The notes under the pieces were generated by a model. The model saw only the letters and a list, made by a program, of their open reading frames with translations, did no database searches and was not told the origin of the DNA. Shown here in pieces: positions 1-11,900 of a stretch of 43,051 bases of DNA. Made by a program: the position numbers and the translations under genes. The stretch spans positions 1 to 43,051 of the forward strand of contig JNEM01013901.1 of assembly GCA_000697335.1 (NCBI GenBank). The letters run 5' to 3'. Within the stretch, counting starts at the first letter, position 1; each line of letters opens with the position of its first letter. Source of the stretch: Conidiobolus incongruus B7586. Lineage: Eukaryota.

Positions 1-527
1 TTAATAAATTATTTATAAATAATTATAATATATATTAGTTTGGAAAATTATTATATAAATATTAAATAAATAATTAATCTATTAATATTTTATAAATATT
101 ATTTATATAATAATATATCATATAAATATATTTAAATAGAATTATATATAATAACTTAAAACAAATAATAAATAATATATGATTTATATTATTCTGAGAA
201 TTTATAATAATTATTCAATATTCAAATAAATAATCCCTTTTAAAATAATTATTTGAATAATATTTAATGATAATATTTGATTTCAAACTATATATTATTT
301 ATTATTCTTATATTATTCTTATAAAAATATAAAAATTTTAGTTATATTTTTATCTTGAAAATACAAAAATAAATTAGATAATTATAAAATATCAATTTGA
401 ACTTTATTAGATCTAAAATAAATAAAACCGTATTAATTTTAAGTGGATTCAAAATTTAAACCCATTTTAATAATAAGTATTTTTAAATAAAAAATATTTT
501 GCTTGAAATAAATTTATTATAATAAAA

Positions 528-783
528 TGTTATAATATAAAATATTATATTAGTAATCTTTAAGATATTATTAATTAAACTAATTAGATTACTTTTCTTA
601 AGTTACAAATAATTAATTTTATATTGATAATTTATATTTTATTGTTAATTATCAATAACACTATACTTTTGATAAAACAAATAAGTTTTAGTAAAGACTT
701 AGCTACTATTATAATCAATATCAATAATATTATAAATTGCTTTTTCATTTAAAAGAATATTAGGGAGTGAAATATCTAATATA
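528..783 (+). repeat. 5' LTR, left part (interrupted by mariner insertion)
   Basis: Aligns to 8336-8593. Positions 601-780 match 8411-8590 without gaps, with 22 differences. Confidence 0.95.
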
Positions 784-2099
784 CTACTCTGTATTTTTAA
801 TAATAGGAATTTTTTGCAATTGAAAATAAATAAATATTTTGATATATTATATATAAAAATAAATATATAATATAAATTTAATAGTTTCTTTTATTATTAA
901 TAACTTTTTGCTATACTTTTAACAAAAATTTAACACCTAAAAAACAATTCTTTTTATTAAAGACTAAAGTTTGATGTTTCACAAACCAATTAAATTTTCT
1001 TGCAGAAATTTTCTTTCTTGCAAGCTGGTTTTTTAATTACCTAAAGCAATTATAATCATATAGGTTATAATCTAGGGAATATACTGGATATGGTAGTTTT
1101 TTCCAGTTATTTTTAATTAGAAAGTTTTTTACAGCTTTAGATTTATGAATTTTGCAATTATCATATAAAATAATAGGTTTTCTCAAATTATATTAAGAAC
1201 ACTAATTAGAAATACTTTTATTTAAAAAAACAATATAAAGTTTACTATTAATTAATTTTCCTTCAGGAACTAAATAAGAGTAGCATATAACATTATAATC
1301 TATTATAATAATTATTATTTGCTTATTAACAAAATGTTTATTTAAAGGGATTTGTAAAGGGGGTTGATTTAGCTTAATCCAGCATCTTGATTTGTGTTTT
1401 GGTAAAGGATTATATATAGGGATTTAAGATGCATTAATTGTAATTATTTGCTGTAAAAGTTTAAGCTTCTAGTAATATTTTAGTAAGTTTTGTTTAGCAA
1501 TAACTACTCTAGCTTTTTTCTAAGCTCTAGTTAAATTATAAAATACCTATTTTATATTTTTATTTATTAATTTAAGTTTAAACTTTAATATATATAAAAT
1601 ACTTGTAAAACTAATATTAAAGTGTTTAGATAATTCTCTAACTGAAATAAAAAGGTATTTTTCAATATATTTTTTCACTCTATTAACAATTAAAAGAGTG
1701 ATAGTTAAAGTTGGTTTTCTAGATTTTAGCAAGTTTTAGATAGTTTCTTTCCTAGCTTTAAAGTAATTTACCCAGCAATAAATTGTTGATTTAGATAATA
1801 CTTCATTACCAAAAACTACTTGTAAATTTTAAATAATTTTAGAGGGCTTATGGTTAAGTTTTACTAATACTAAAATAAAAGACTTTTGATGATCACTATT
1901 TAGTTTAAGTAAAATTAAATTAAACAACCAATTTTAAAAAGTTAATTTTTTAATCAAAAAAATTATTATATATATATATATATATATTAAATATATATAA
2001 TTTCCTATTAACTTTGTATATATTTATTTATTTCAAACTAATAATATATTTGAAAAATCAGAAATTAAAAAATTTCCTATTTCTTCAAATTTAAGATAA
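784..2099 (-). mobile_element. Degenerate mariner (DD34D) DNA transposon inserted in the 5' LTR
   Basis: TA duplication (782-783, 2100-2101). Removing the element restores the LTR as seen in the 3' copy. Imperfect TIRs: ctactctgtatttttaataataggaa versus the reverse complement of the right end, ttatcttaaatttgaagaaataggaa. Confidence 0.9.
870..1910 (-). pseudogene. Mariner transposase pseudogene (boundaries approximate)
   Basis: Minus-strand translation gives an HTH region (VFGNEVLSKSTIYCWVNYFK, then FISVRELSKHFNIS), IITINAS*I (decayed ITxDExW), and ILYDNCKIH...WKKLPYPVYSLDYNLYDY (decayed HDN...HPPYSPDxxPxDY) with 34 residues between the last two Asp. Includes ORF 1547..1732. Confidence 0.9.
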
Positions 2100-2101
2100 T
2101 A

Positions 2102-2424
2102 ATAACTAAATAAATAATTTGTTAAATAACAAATTAAGATTAATTATACAATATAAACTTAGTTTTTACTATTTTTACCTAAGTTAGAAAAAAAACAAAT
2201 GTTGCTTTGTTTGGAAATTTATTTTTTTATATATTACCTTAGATTATACTTTATGTGATAATATTAACTAAAAGATTATTTAAGTTTACTATTAGATTAA
2301 ACCTTTGATTTACTTATAAAATATTAACATTTATTTATATAATATGTTTTGTTAATAAAATAAATGAACACTATAATATATTACTTAAGATAAATAAAAA
2401 AAACATTATTTAAAAGGCTTAATA
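2102..2424 (+). repeat. 5' LTR, right part
   Basis: Aligns to 8594-8916. Ends aaggcttaata versus aaagcttgaca in the 3' LTR. Confidence 0.95.
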
Positions 2425-2440
2425 ATATATTTTACTCCCT
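2425..2440 (+). promoter_or_regulatory. Primer-binding site complementary to the element's own LTR (Tf1-type self-priming)
   Basis: Reverse complement agggagtaaaatatat matches LTR 762-777 (agggagtgaaatatct, 14/16) and 8572-8587 (agggagcaaaacatct, 13/16), about 30 nt downstream of a TATAAA at 731. Confidence 0.75.
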
Positions 2441-2559
2441 TTATATAAAATTAAGAGTAGAAATAATAACTTCTACTTTTATAACAATACTCTATTAAAT
2501 TTTAGTTTACTATTATATAATAGTAATAATTATTATAATTATATTATTAATTATAATTA

Positions 2560-3340
2560 TATAACCAGTAAAAGTATATTTTAAAAGAAAGAAAACTATA
2601 AATAACTTATTACAAATAATAATTAATAACATAAATTACTTAATTACACTTGTTAACCTATTACTAACCTATGTTACTCATTATCATTATAGCTTTAACA
2701 CTAATTTTAATAGAAATATTAAAAAAACCTATAAATTTTTATAACAATTATAAAACTATATTGATTGAAATTAAAACAACTATATTAAAGATTTTTTAAA
2801 AATAATTTTACTAAAAAATTCATTAAAGAATAATGTTTATAAATGGGTAAAAATAATATTAAAGAATAAAATAAGTTTATTAAATAATTTTCAATAATTT
2901 AAAAGATATTTTAATATATATTTTAGTGATAAAATTAAATACAACAAACTTAACCTATAAGTTAAATAAAGTATGTAGAAAATTAAAGAACTTGTAAGAA
3001 AGTTTAATATCTAATTTATAAATTTAATAAGAAACTTTACCTTAAACCTTAAAGCATAAATTTTTTATTTTATAGATAATTTATAGTTTAATTTAAGATA
3101 AAAATTAAAAACTCAATAACTTTTAACTATATTATATAAGATTATATTACTAGCAATAAAAGCTAAAGACAAATTACAATTATTAATTTATAATTTAAAA
3201 AATAAACAATCTATTAAAACTAAAATAATTAAACAAGGAAAAATTAAGATATCAAAAAAAGAATTTATCTAACAACAAAAACAAAATTGATGATTTAATT
3301 ATAATAAACTAAAACACTAGATGGTAAATTACAAATTTCT
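2560..3340 (+). pseudogene. gag remnant (boundaries approximate)
   Basis: Lies between the PBS and the protease. Decayed CCHC knuckle near 3285-3335 (*FNYNKLKH*MVNY, consistent with CxxCxxxxHxxxxC after G->A/C->T changes). Confidence 0.6.
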
Positions 3341-4184
3341 TTAAAATTAACAAAATAAACAATATTTAACCTTAACACAAAATACTTCAACAAACCAAGA
3401 AATAAATTCTAGTTATTATAACTAAAAATTATTAACAACCATCTTAAACTATATAACATTACCTACTACCTATATATTTATTAAAGTTGAAATAAATAAA
3501 AGAAAGCTTTAATATATATTTAATACAAATAGTTTGTATTGTTATATATTAAAAGAACTTGCATTAAAATATAAGTTACAAATGAAAAAAAATGTATAAT
3601 ATTATAAAATACTTAAAATCAATAGAAGAAGAATTAATCAAGATAATCTAATCACCAAATAAATTAATATTTCAATTTAAGGATAAAATATTCTTATATA
3701 ATTTTATATTATTAATTTATCTTTATTAGTAATCCTTAGAATAAAACTTTTGAATAAACTATCTACTTATTTAAACTATTAAAAATAAATAAGTTATAAT
3801 ATCTTAAGAATTACAAAAACCTTTGAAAATCCCTTTTCTTAAAATAAAAATAAATAAATTATATAGTATAACTAAAAAAAACTATATTAATTTACTAATT
3901 AAATATAAAAAATTCAACTAAGGTTTTTTAAAAAAAATAGTTAATAAATTACCTAAATATTTAAACTATAGTTATTTTATTAATCTAATCAATAAGCAAT
4001 TATCATAAAATTCTTTTATATATTTAATTACCTAAAATTAAAGTAATTATATAAAAAAATATATTAAAGAACAATTAAAAAAATAGTTATATATTATTCT
4101 TCATCACCTATTAATACTCTAGTATTATTTGTTAAAAAAATAATATATGGAGAATTTATTATGATTATAGAAAATTAAATAATA

Positions 4185-5753
4185 TACTAACCTGTAAAAA
4201 TAAGTTATAAAATCAAAAACACTTATATTTTTACTAATAGCTTAATTAATATTTAATAAAATAAGCTTAAATTAAATAATTAAAATCTATTATATTTATT
4301 AATTATATATATTATTAAATAATAATATTTAGCTATTAATTGATTAAAATATAAACCTTTAAATTTTACCTAGGGTGAGTTATAAATTTATAGGTTTTTA
4401 GTGATAAAAAAAATTAAAATCTAGTATATCTACCTTTAACTTTTCTAATTTTTTTAAGTTTATAAGGTATAGAATTAATTAACTTTTTATACTAAAAAAA
4501 GTTAATTTTGTTTTATATTTCTTAAATATATTTTTAAAGTTGATTTAAATCTTTTGTTAAAGGAAAAACTTTAATAGCTTTTTTTAACTAATCTTAAAGG
4601 TATTTAATTAGATTAAAATTAAAAAATTAAAGAAGCTACTTTATAACTATTATCTTGTTATTTTTAAGTTATTTAGTAATAGAAGCTATAATATAATAAA
4701 AAGCATTATCTTATTAGAAAATAATATTAGATTTGTTTAACCTATATTATTCAATAGTTTTTTTAATTTATTATTTAGAATATTTTAGTATATCTCAATA
4801 TTAATTTTTTTATTAATTTTATAAAGATACCTTATATTTAAAGACAATATATATCCCCAAACAATAATTAACCTACTATTATACTTTTAGGTAAAATTAA
4901 CATAATATTTATAAAATAGTTTTATATCTTTTCTAAAGTATTTAACTTTTTTATTAAATCTACTAAAGTATATTTTTGTTTTATTAAATTAAATAACCTT
5001 ACTTTAATTAATTTTAATTTAATATTAATGATAATATTTAAACTCCCACTTAACTTTACAATAGGATTTTTTTAGTTGGGGGTGTTTTTACTTAAAGTAT
5101 AAATGGTATCTATGTTAATATAAAGTATATATAATAATATTAGTGTTAACTAATATTCTTATATAGTTTTATAGTTCCTGTTGTATTACTACAATAGTGC
5201 TACACTTGCTTGTATTAACTAACTTATAAATATACTTCTCATCATATTTATTTATAATTTTAATATATTTAAGTTTAAGTTTAAATGTTTTTTTATTATT
5301 ATTCTTAATAACTTTAGCTATAATAGACTAGCTAACACTAGTAATTCTAATAATATCATAAGTTGATTTATCTTTTTTATAAAGTTAATTAATATACAAA
5401 TAGATTTTTTTAAAAAGGGATTTAAGTATAATAATACTAATAAAAAAAATTAGTATATCTATAAAATATTATATAAAATAATAACAAAAAGAGAAAAAAG
5501 ATATGGTTATATATTGTTAAATATATCCCTTTATCTCAAAAACTTACAAATTTATAACTCACCTTAGTTAAATATTAAGGGTTAATATTTTTTCTAATAA
5601 TTTACTAAATATATTTAAATAATTTATTTATTATTAAATAATATACCTTAATTATATATTATAATTTCAAACAATCTAATATATACAATTGTTTTAGTTA
5701 TTAATTAAAATATATATATTTTTGATTTTATAACTTACTTTTGTAGGTTAGTA
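4185..5753 (-). mobile_element. Degenerate Tc1-like (DD34E) transposon with long TIRs, inserted in the RT domain
   Basis: TA duplication (4183-4184, 5754-5755). Removal rejoins RT as KLNNIIIKD. Ends are inverted (tactaacctgtaaaaataagttataaaatcaaaaa / tactaacctacaaaagtaagttataaaatcaaaaa), and similarity resumes about 170-230 bp inside. Length 1569 bp. Confidence 0.93.
4430..5440 (-). pseudogene. Tc1 transposase pseudogene (boundaries approximate)
   Basis: IF**DNAFYYII...IK*LL*FFNFNLIKYL*D*LK at about 4580-4720 is the decayed FQQDNAPxH...WPPQSPDLNPIEHLW motif, with 34 residues between D and the E position. N-terminal HTH-like region at about 5100-5400. Confidence 0.9.
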
Positions 5754-8335
5754 TATTATCATTAAAGATATTTTTCTATTATCTTTAATTTTTAAATTAC
5801 TTGATTAGATTAAAGATATAAATATATTTATTAAAATAAATCTTAAAAATACCTATTATTTTATTAAAATTTAAAGTAGAGATAAATAGAAAACTATAAT
5901 TAAATATAGATTTAAACTTTTTGATAGTTAGTAATATCTTTTAATCTTATTAATATACTTATTTTATTTGAAAAACATATGATTAAAGTATTATATCTAC
6001 TCTTAAACTAATTTTTAATAGTTTACTTAGATAATATCTTTATTTATAGTAATAACAAAAAAAATATGTTAAATATGTTAAACAGGTTTTAAAAACTCTT
6101 AAACAAAATAACTTATATATAAAACTTAAAAAAAATAAATTTTATATTAATTCTATAATATTCTTAAGATATAATATTAGCTTACAAAGAATATCAATAG
6201 ATTTTAATTATATAAAAAATATTTTAGATTAGAAAATCTTAACTAAAATAAAGTTTAAAGTTTTTTAAGAATAGCAAATTTCTTACAAATATTTATTTTA
6301 AATTTTAGTAATATTACACTATTATTAACTAATTTAACAAAAAAAGATCAATAATTTGAATAGGATAAAAATGTATATTTTGCTTTTAAATATCAAATAT
6401 GTCTATTAACTTATATACCAACTTTAAATTACTTAAAGAATTAACTACCTTATTAATTATATATTAATATATCTAACTTTACAATAAAACTAATATTATT
6501 ACAAAAATCTAAACTAATTATATACTTCTCTAAAAATTTACACTAGCAAAAATTAATTACAAGATATATAATAAAAACTCTTAAATATTATAAAGTTTTT
6601 AAAATATTTTTAAGTTTACATAATTACTTTTTCTCACATAGTAATAATATTCAAAAATTATAAAAATCTAAAATATTTTATGTTTACTAAGTTATTAAAT
6701 ATAAAATAAGTTTGTTAAAATTTAATATTTTCATAATATAATTTTTAAATTTAATATATACTAAGTATAAAAAATTTAATTGATAATGTTTTTAATTATA
6801 ATTTTAAATATTTTATTTTTATAAAAGAGTTTAAAAATATTAACAAAAAATAACTATTAATCTTAAACCTATTATACTTTTTAATTATATCTTAAAAAAA
6901 CTTAGTTAAAGAAAAAATAACCAAAATAATTCTAAAAAACAAAGTAGCTTAAAATATAATAAACTTAATAAATGAAGGAAAGTTTAAGAAGTATAAACTT
7001 AAAGATAAATTAATTAAACAAAACAAGTTAACTATAGTTTTTAAAAATAAAAATAAATAAATGATTTTAGAATAATATTATAATAGCTTAACTACAAAAT
7101 ATAATAGAATTAAAAAAACTTTAGAATTAATATCTTATCAATATAAATAGCTTAAAATAAAAAACATATGTTTAAATATATTAATTTATATATAGAATAT
7201 AATATAAATAAATTTATTAATATTATCTTTAATAAAAATCTATAAATGTTAGATATATCTATAATATCTTTTCAAAAAATATCTATGGATTTTATAACTA
7301 GTTTATTAAAATCTAAAGACTTTAATTTAATCTTAGTAATTATAAATAATTTAACAAAAATAGTATAATTTATTCTATATATTAATATTATTACCACCTT
7401 TAAATTAATAGTTATTTTTATTAATAATTACTTTAAAAGATTTAAACTACTAATATATATTATTAGTGATCAAGATAAATTGTTTATATTAAAATATTAG
7501 AATAACTTTACTAGACAACTATATATTAAACTAAACTTTTCTTCTAGGTACCATTTTTAAATAAATAAACAAACTAAGAAGGTTAACCAAATACTTAAAT
7601 AATATTTGAGACACTACTATACTTAATAACAAGATAATTAGGAAAAAATATTACCAATGGTAGAATTTTCTTATAATAATTTATATTATTGTTTAATTAA
7701 AATAACACTATTTAAAGCATATACTAGTTATAATCCCTTATTTATTATTAGCTATATATTATCTAAATTTGTAAAATTAAAAAATTATCAAAAATAAATA
7801 AATTCTTTATATGATAAATTAATAAAGATTCTACAACAGGTTTAAAAACAATACAAAAAATATGATAATCAAAAGTTATAGTTAAACACTAATATAAATT
7901 TAAGTGATAAGAAAGTTTATATTAATACTTAAAATTTGTGTTTAATACAACTTAATAAGAAACTAGATATTAAGTTTTTAAAACTATTCTTAATAATAAA
8001 AAAGATTAATAATATTGCTTATAAAGTTAAACTACCTAAAAACATAAAAATTTATAATATTTTCTATTTATTTTAATTTAAAATCACTAACAAAAAAATC
8101 AAAAGTAATAATGATTAAGCTTCTAAACTTATAACTAGTATTGATAATACTTATAAGATAAAAGAAATTCTAAACAAGAAAATTAATTTGAAAGAAAAAC
8201 ACTATTTAGTTTATTAGAAAAGATACTTAATATTAGATCATTAATAGATTAAATTATAACATATTAATACTCTAAAATTAATTAGTAACCTTTTGTTAAA
8301 AAATCAAAAGTAAAAATTTACTTAAAAAAAGATAA

Positions 8336-8916
8336 TATTGTAATTTAAAATGTTATATTAGTAATCTTTTAAAGTATTATTAATTAAGCCAATTAAATTG
8401 TTTTTTTTTAAGTTACAAACAATTAATTTTACATTGATAATTTATACTTTATTGTTAATTATCAATAATACTTTACTTTTGATAAAACAAATAAGTCTTG
8501 GTAAAAACTTAGTTACTATTATAATCAATATCAATAATATTATAAATTACCCTTTTGCTTAAAGAAATATCAGGGAGCAAAACATCTGATATAATAACTA
8601 AATAAACAACTTATTAAATAATAAATTAAAATTAATTAAACAATATAGAGCTAGCTTTTACTACCTTTACTTAAGTTAGAAGAAAAGGCAAATATTGCTC
8701 CATTTGGAAATTTATTCCTTTATATATTACCTTAGATTATACTTTGTGTAATAATACTAACTAAGAGACTATTTAAGTTTACCATTAAATTAAACCTATA
8801 GTTTACTTATAAAGTATTAATACTTACTTATATAGTATATCTTATTAATAAAACAAGTAAACACTATAATGTGTTACCTGAGCTAAATAAAAAAGCATTA
8901 CTTAAAAAGCTTGACA
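8336..8916 (+). repeat. 3' LTR (uninterrupted, 581 bp)
   Basis: Colinear with 528-783 plus 2102-2424. Preceded by purine tract aaaaaaagataa and followed by the TAAAA TSD. Confidence 0.95.
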
Positions 8917-11900
8917 TAAAATCATTTTAAATATTACAAACAATAGTTTAACTAAATTAATTTAATATATGAAAAAAAATTTCAAAATTTAAAAGTTAAT
9001 TTATATTAAGTAAAAAATAAAATTGAGAATATTATAGTTTATTAAATAAATTATAATAAATATTTAAAGGAATATTTTTATTGTTATTATAATTTATAAA
9101 CCAAACTTTATTACAATAGATTTGAATTTTAGAATTTATGCTTAATTAGTATAAAATTTATTATTTTAATTACTTATATACAACAAATAAAATTTTATAA
9201 AAAAGATTATATATATAATATTTTTCAGCAATTTTAGGATAAAGAATATATTCCACCAAGTAAGTATGATAATAAATTAAAATAAACTATATAAAAATCA
9301 AATTACAAAAGGAAGATATTAAATAATACTAACAAAATTTAAATATTTCTAGTTTTTATAATAATCAAAATATCATATAATAACTTAGGATAATAAAATA
9401 TATTTCAAACTAATACTATAACAAAAGATAAAAAAATAACTTAAAATATAAAATTCAAATGTTTGTAAATAAATTATTATAAGGACTAAGAGCAATAAGT
9501 TTTATATTATTATAAATTATTTGAAATAATATAATTATTAAATGCTTAGATGCATAGTATAACAAATTTGCAATAAAAAAGAAAAAAAATACGTAATTCA
9601 GTATAAAGAAATAAAAAATCCATAAGTATAAATTTTAATTTCCTTTTTTATATTACAAGAAATTAGGTTTTTTATAATATTTTTTTTAATAATGAGCCTA
9701 TTTAAAAAGATAATTTATTACCAAAATAACTATATTCTGATAATTGTTTTTAAAAAACAAGGCTTAATGGATTTTATTAAATTTGGAAAAAATAATAACT
9801 GTTTTATAAAATATATATATAATACAATATTCTGATATTTTGAAAATATTAATAAACTTTTAAAATAAGTTAATCTCTCTTAGTTTATTAAAAAATATAT
9901 ATTATATTCTGTATATACAATACTAGTTATGAATCTAATAGTCTTGAAGGGAAATATAATATAGAAAAATTTTATAAAATAAAAGAAATAACTACAAGTT
10001 ATAAAACAGATCAAATACCATATTAGTAAGCTAAATAAAAAACTTACCTAATTGTCAAATAATGTGATATTATTTGATTTCCTTAAATTGAGACTTAAAA
10101 GATAATAACAAATCCAGCAAATAAATTAAAAATATATATGGAAGAGAAATACTCAGATAGTTTCATTATAGATGTAAATAAAGCGTAAATAACAAAATGA
10201 GAAAACACCTTTAGTCCAAGATGATTATTTATAATAAGTTATATAAAAATAAAATATAAGGTAATTGAGAGCATTTGAATATTAAACTTAAATCAAGCAA
10301 GACTTTCAAGTGTCCTCAAATTATTTAAAGATATATTGAGAAATTAATATTGCTAAAGATATACTCCATTACTATATAAAAGTCAATTGAGCTAGTCTTC
10401 CAGGAATAGTGTTAGGGCTTATACCCTTGAGGTTTTTGGACTCCATGAAGGACTTGGACTAGGGCAATCAAATTTGATTAACTTTGGACAAGTTTAATTT
10501 GAAGTGCTTTAACATTGTTAAAAATTATATTATATTTAATTTATTCTCCACAATAATTTTAGATATCTTGTTTTTATAACAATATATCATTATGATTATT
10601 GAAAACTAATACTTTATTACTGAATTAATATATATATATTAGAACTATTTAGATTATTCGATCTGTCATAATTGAAATATTACTATATAAAATTATCACA
10701 AAAACTTTAATGATAGTAATAATAATAGTAATAATATTTATAATAAGTGATTAAGTTTAATATAGATGCAAATATAATTAGTCCTCTTTTATTCAGCGAT
10801 TGATCTAGTCTGAGTATATTATTTATAATTTCCACCAATAATGATAATAGTTTCAATGATCAAGTAATTCATGTAAGAGTTATATGGTACAATTATTGGA
10901 AATTGATCTTATCAAAATATCCTGAATTAAATTCAATGAGCATGTCTTTATTAAATCATTAGATAAGATATTTCTATAGTCATTGAAAAGTAACAATTAA
11001 CATATATTCTGACTAGTAAATGTATATAATATTGATGAAAGAGAATTTGATGGTAATTATAAATAAATTAGAAAAACCTTTATTAGATTTATCCAGTAGA
11101 TTTTAAAATTGATAATTTAGAATATAATATCTATATTATTTAATAGTTCCTTGATTTTATATAATAGCAGAATTTTATGGATTATTACAGTTGTATATAA
11201 TATATATAATCGTTTTGTATTTTTTATCTAATTTACATCAAATATGATGCATGAAAAAAATGCTAAATTTAAATTTCTATTAGTTTTTGATTTTCTATAA
11301 TTCAACTGAGCTCTAATGAAGTGTTTATATATGATATTGAATAATTGTATCTTTGAAAGTAAAATACCCAGTTTCATTTTGTGTATTATTTGGAAAAATA
11401 CGTTTAATAATCATATGTCATAATTCATCATTAAGAAAAATAAGGTGATTTTTAGCCCTAGGAAATTTTTTAAAAGACCCTTCATTAACAAAATATCATT
11501 GATGATGATATCTTATGACAAATTTATTGCAATTTATTGACTTGAAATTATATATTTTTAACAAGTTATTCTAAATTATATTTTATCACACAAAATAATC
11601 GGTGGTTCTAATATATATAGCTCTATAATTGAGGTTCAGATAATTTATTTTGATCTTTAGGGTATATATATTCGTCAAAATTTTTAAACATCTCAAAATT
11701 CACTTTATTATTGTCAAATTAAATATAGATGTTTAAGTTATTACCTAATAATAATTAAAAATATAAAGTATTCTGTAATAATATTGTTGTGCTATATCGA
11801 ATTGAAAGGATTTTGAATCATAATAATCACTTTAATCAAATTAATTTCAGAATATGATTTTAACAAATACTCAATTAATAAATTGGAACAAAACAAATGA

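Larger units (their letters stand above)
3430..8312 (+). pseudogene. pol remnant: protease, RT (split by Tc1 insertion), RNase H, integrase, chromodomain
   Basis: Protease IFNTNS (DTGS) near 3520. RT SSSPINTLVLFVKK..YDYRKLN near 4100-4180 and VYLDNIFIYS (YLDD) at 6021-6050. RNase H INISNFTI (TDASDFAI) near 6465. Integrase ISMDFITSL near 7280, IISDQDKLF near 7460, YHF*INKQTKKVNQIL near 7550. Chromodomain YKIKEIL...YLVY*KRY at 8152-8230. Confidence 0.9.
528..8916 (+). mobile_element. Full-length, degenerate Ty3/Gypsy LTR retrotransposon (chromovirus) carrying two nested DNA transposons
   Basis: Starts TGT at 528 and ends GACA at 8916, flanked by identical TAAAA (523-527, 8917-8921). Paired LTRs of about 580 bp. 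Purine tract at 8324-8335. Decayed domains in Gypsy order: gag, protease, RT, RNase H, integrase, chromodomain. Confidence 0.95.

Noticed and set aside
1..527. Possible further decayed repeat in the flanks of the Gypsy element (also 8922-10300 and 41890-43051)
   Set aside because: Extremely AT-rich and plausibly repeat-derived, but I found no termini or protein motifs to support a call.
1547..1732. 61-aa ORF as a standalone gene
   Set aside because: It is a stop-free stretch of the mariner transposase pseudogene and starts at TTG.
2560..8312. Alternative genetic code (TAA/TAG read-through) to explain in-frame stops in the transposons
   Set aside because: Stops fall at both Gln and Trp positions and come with missense transitions (D->N, P->L, G->K). 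Host genes end normally in TAA/TAG.
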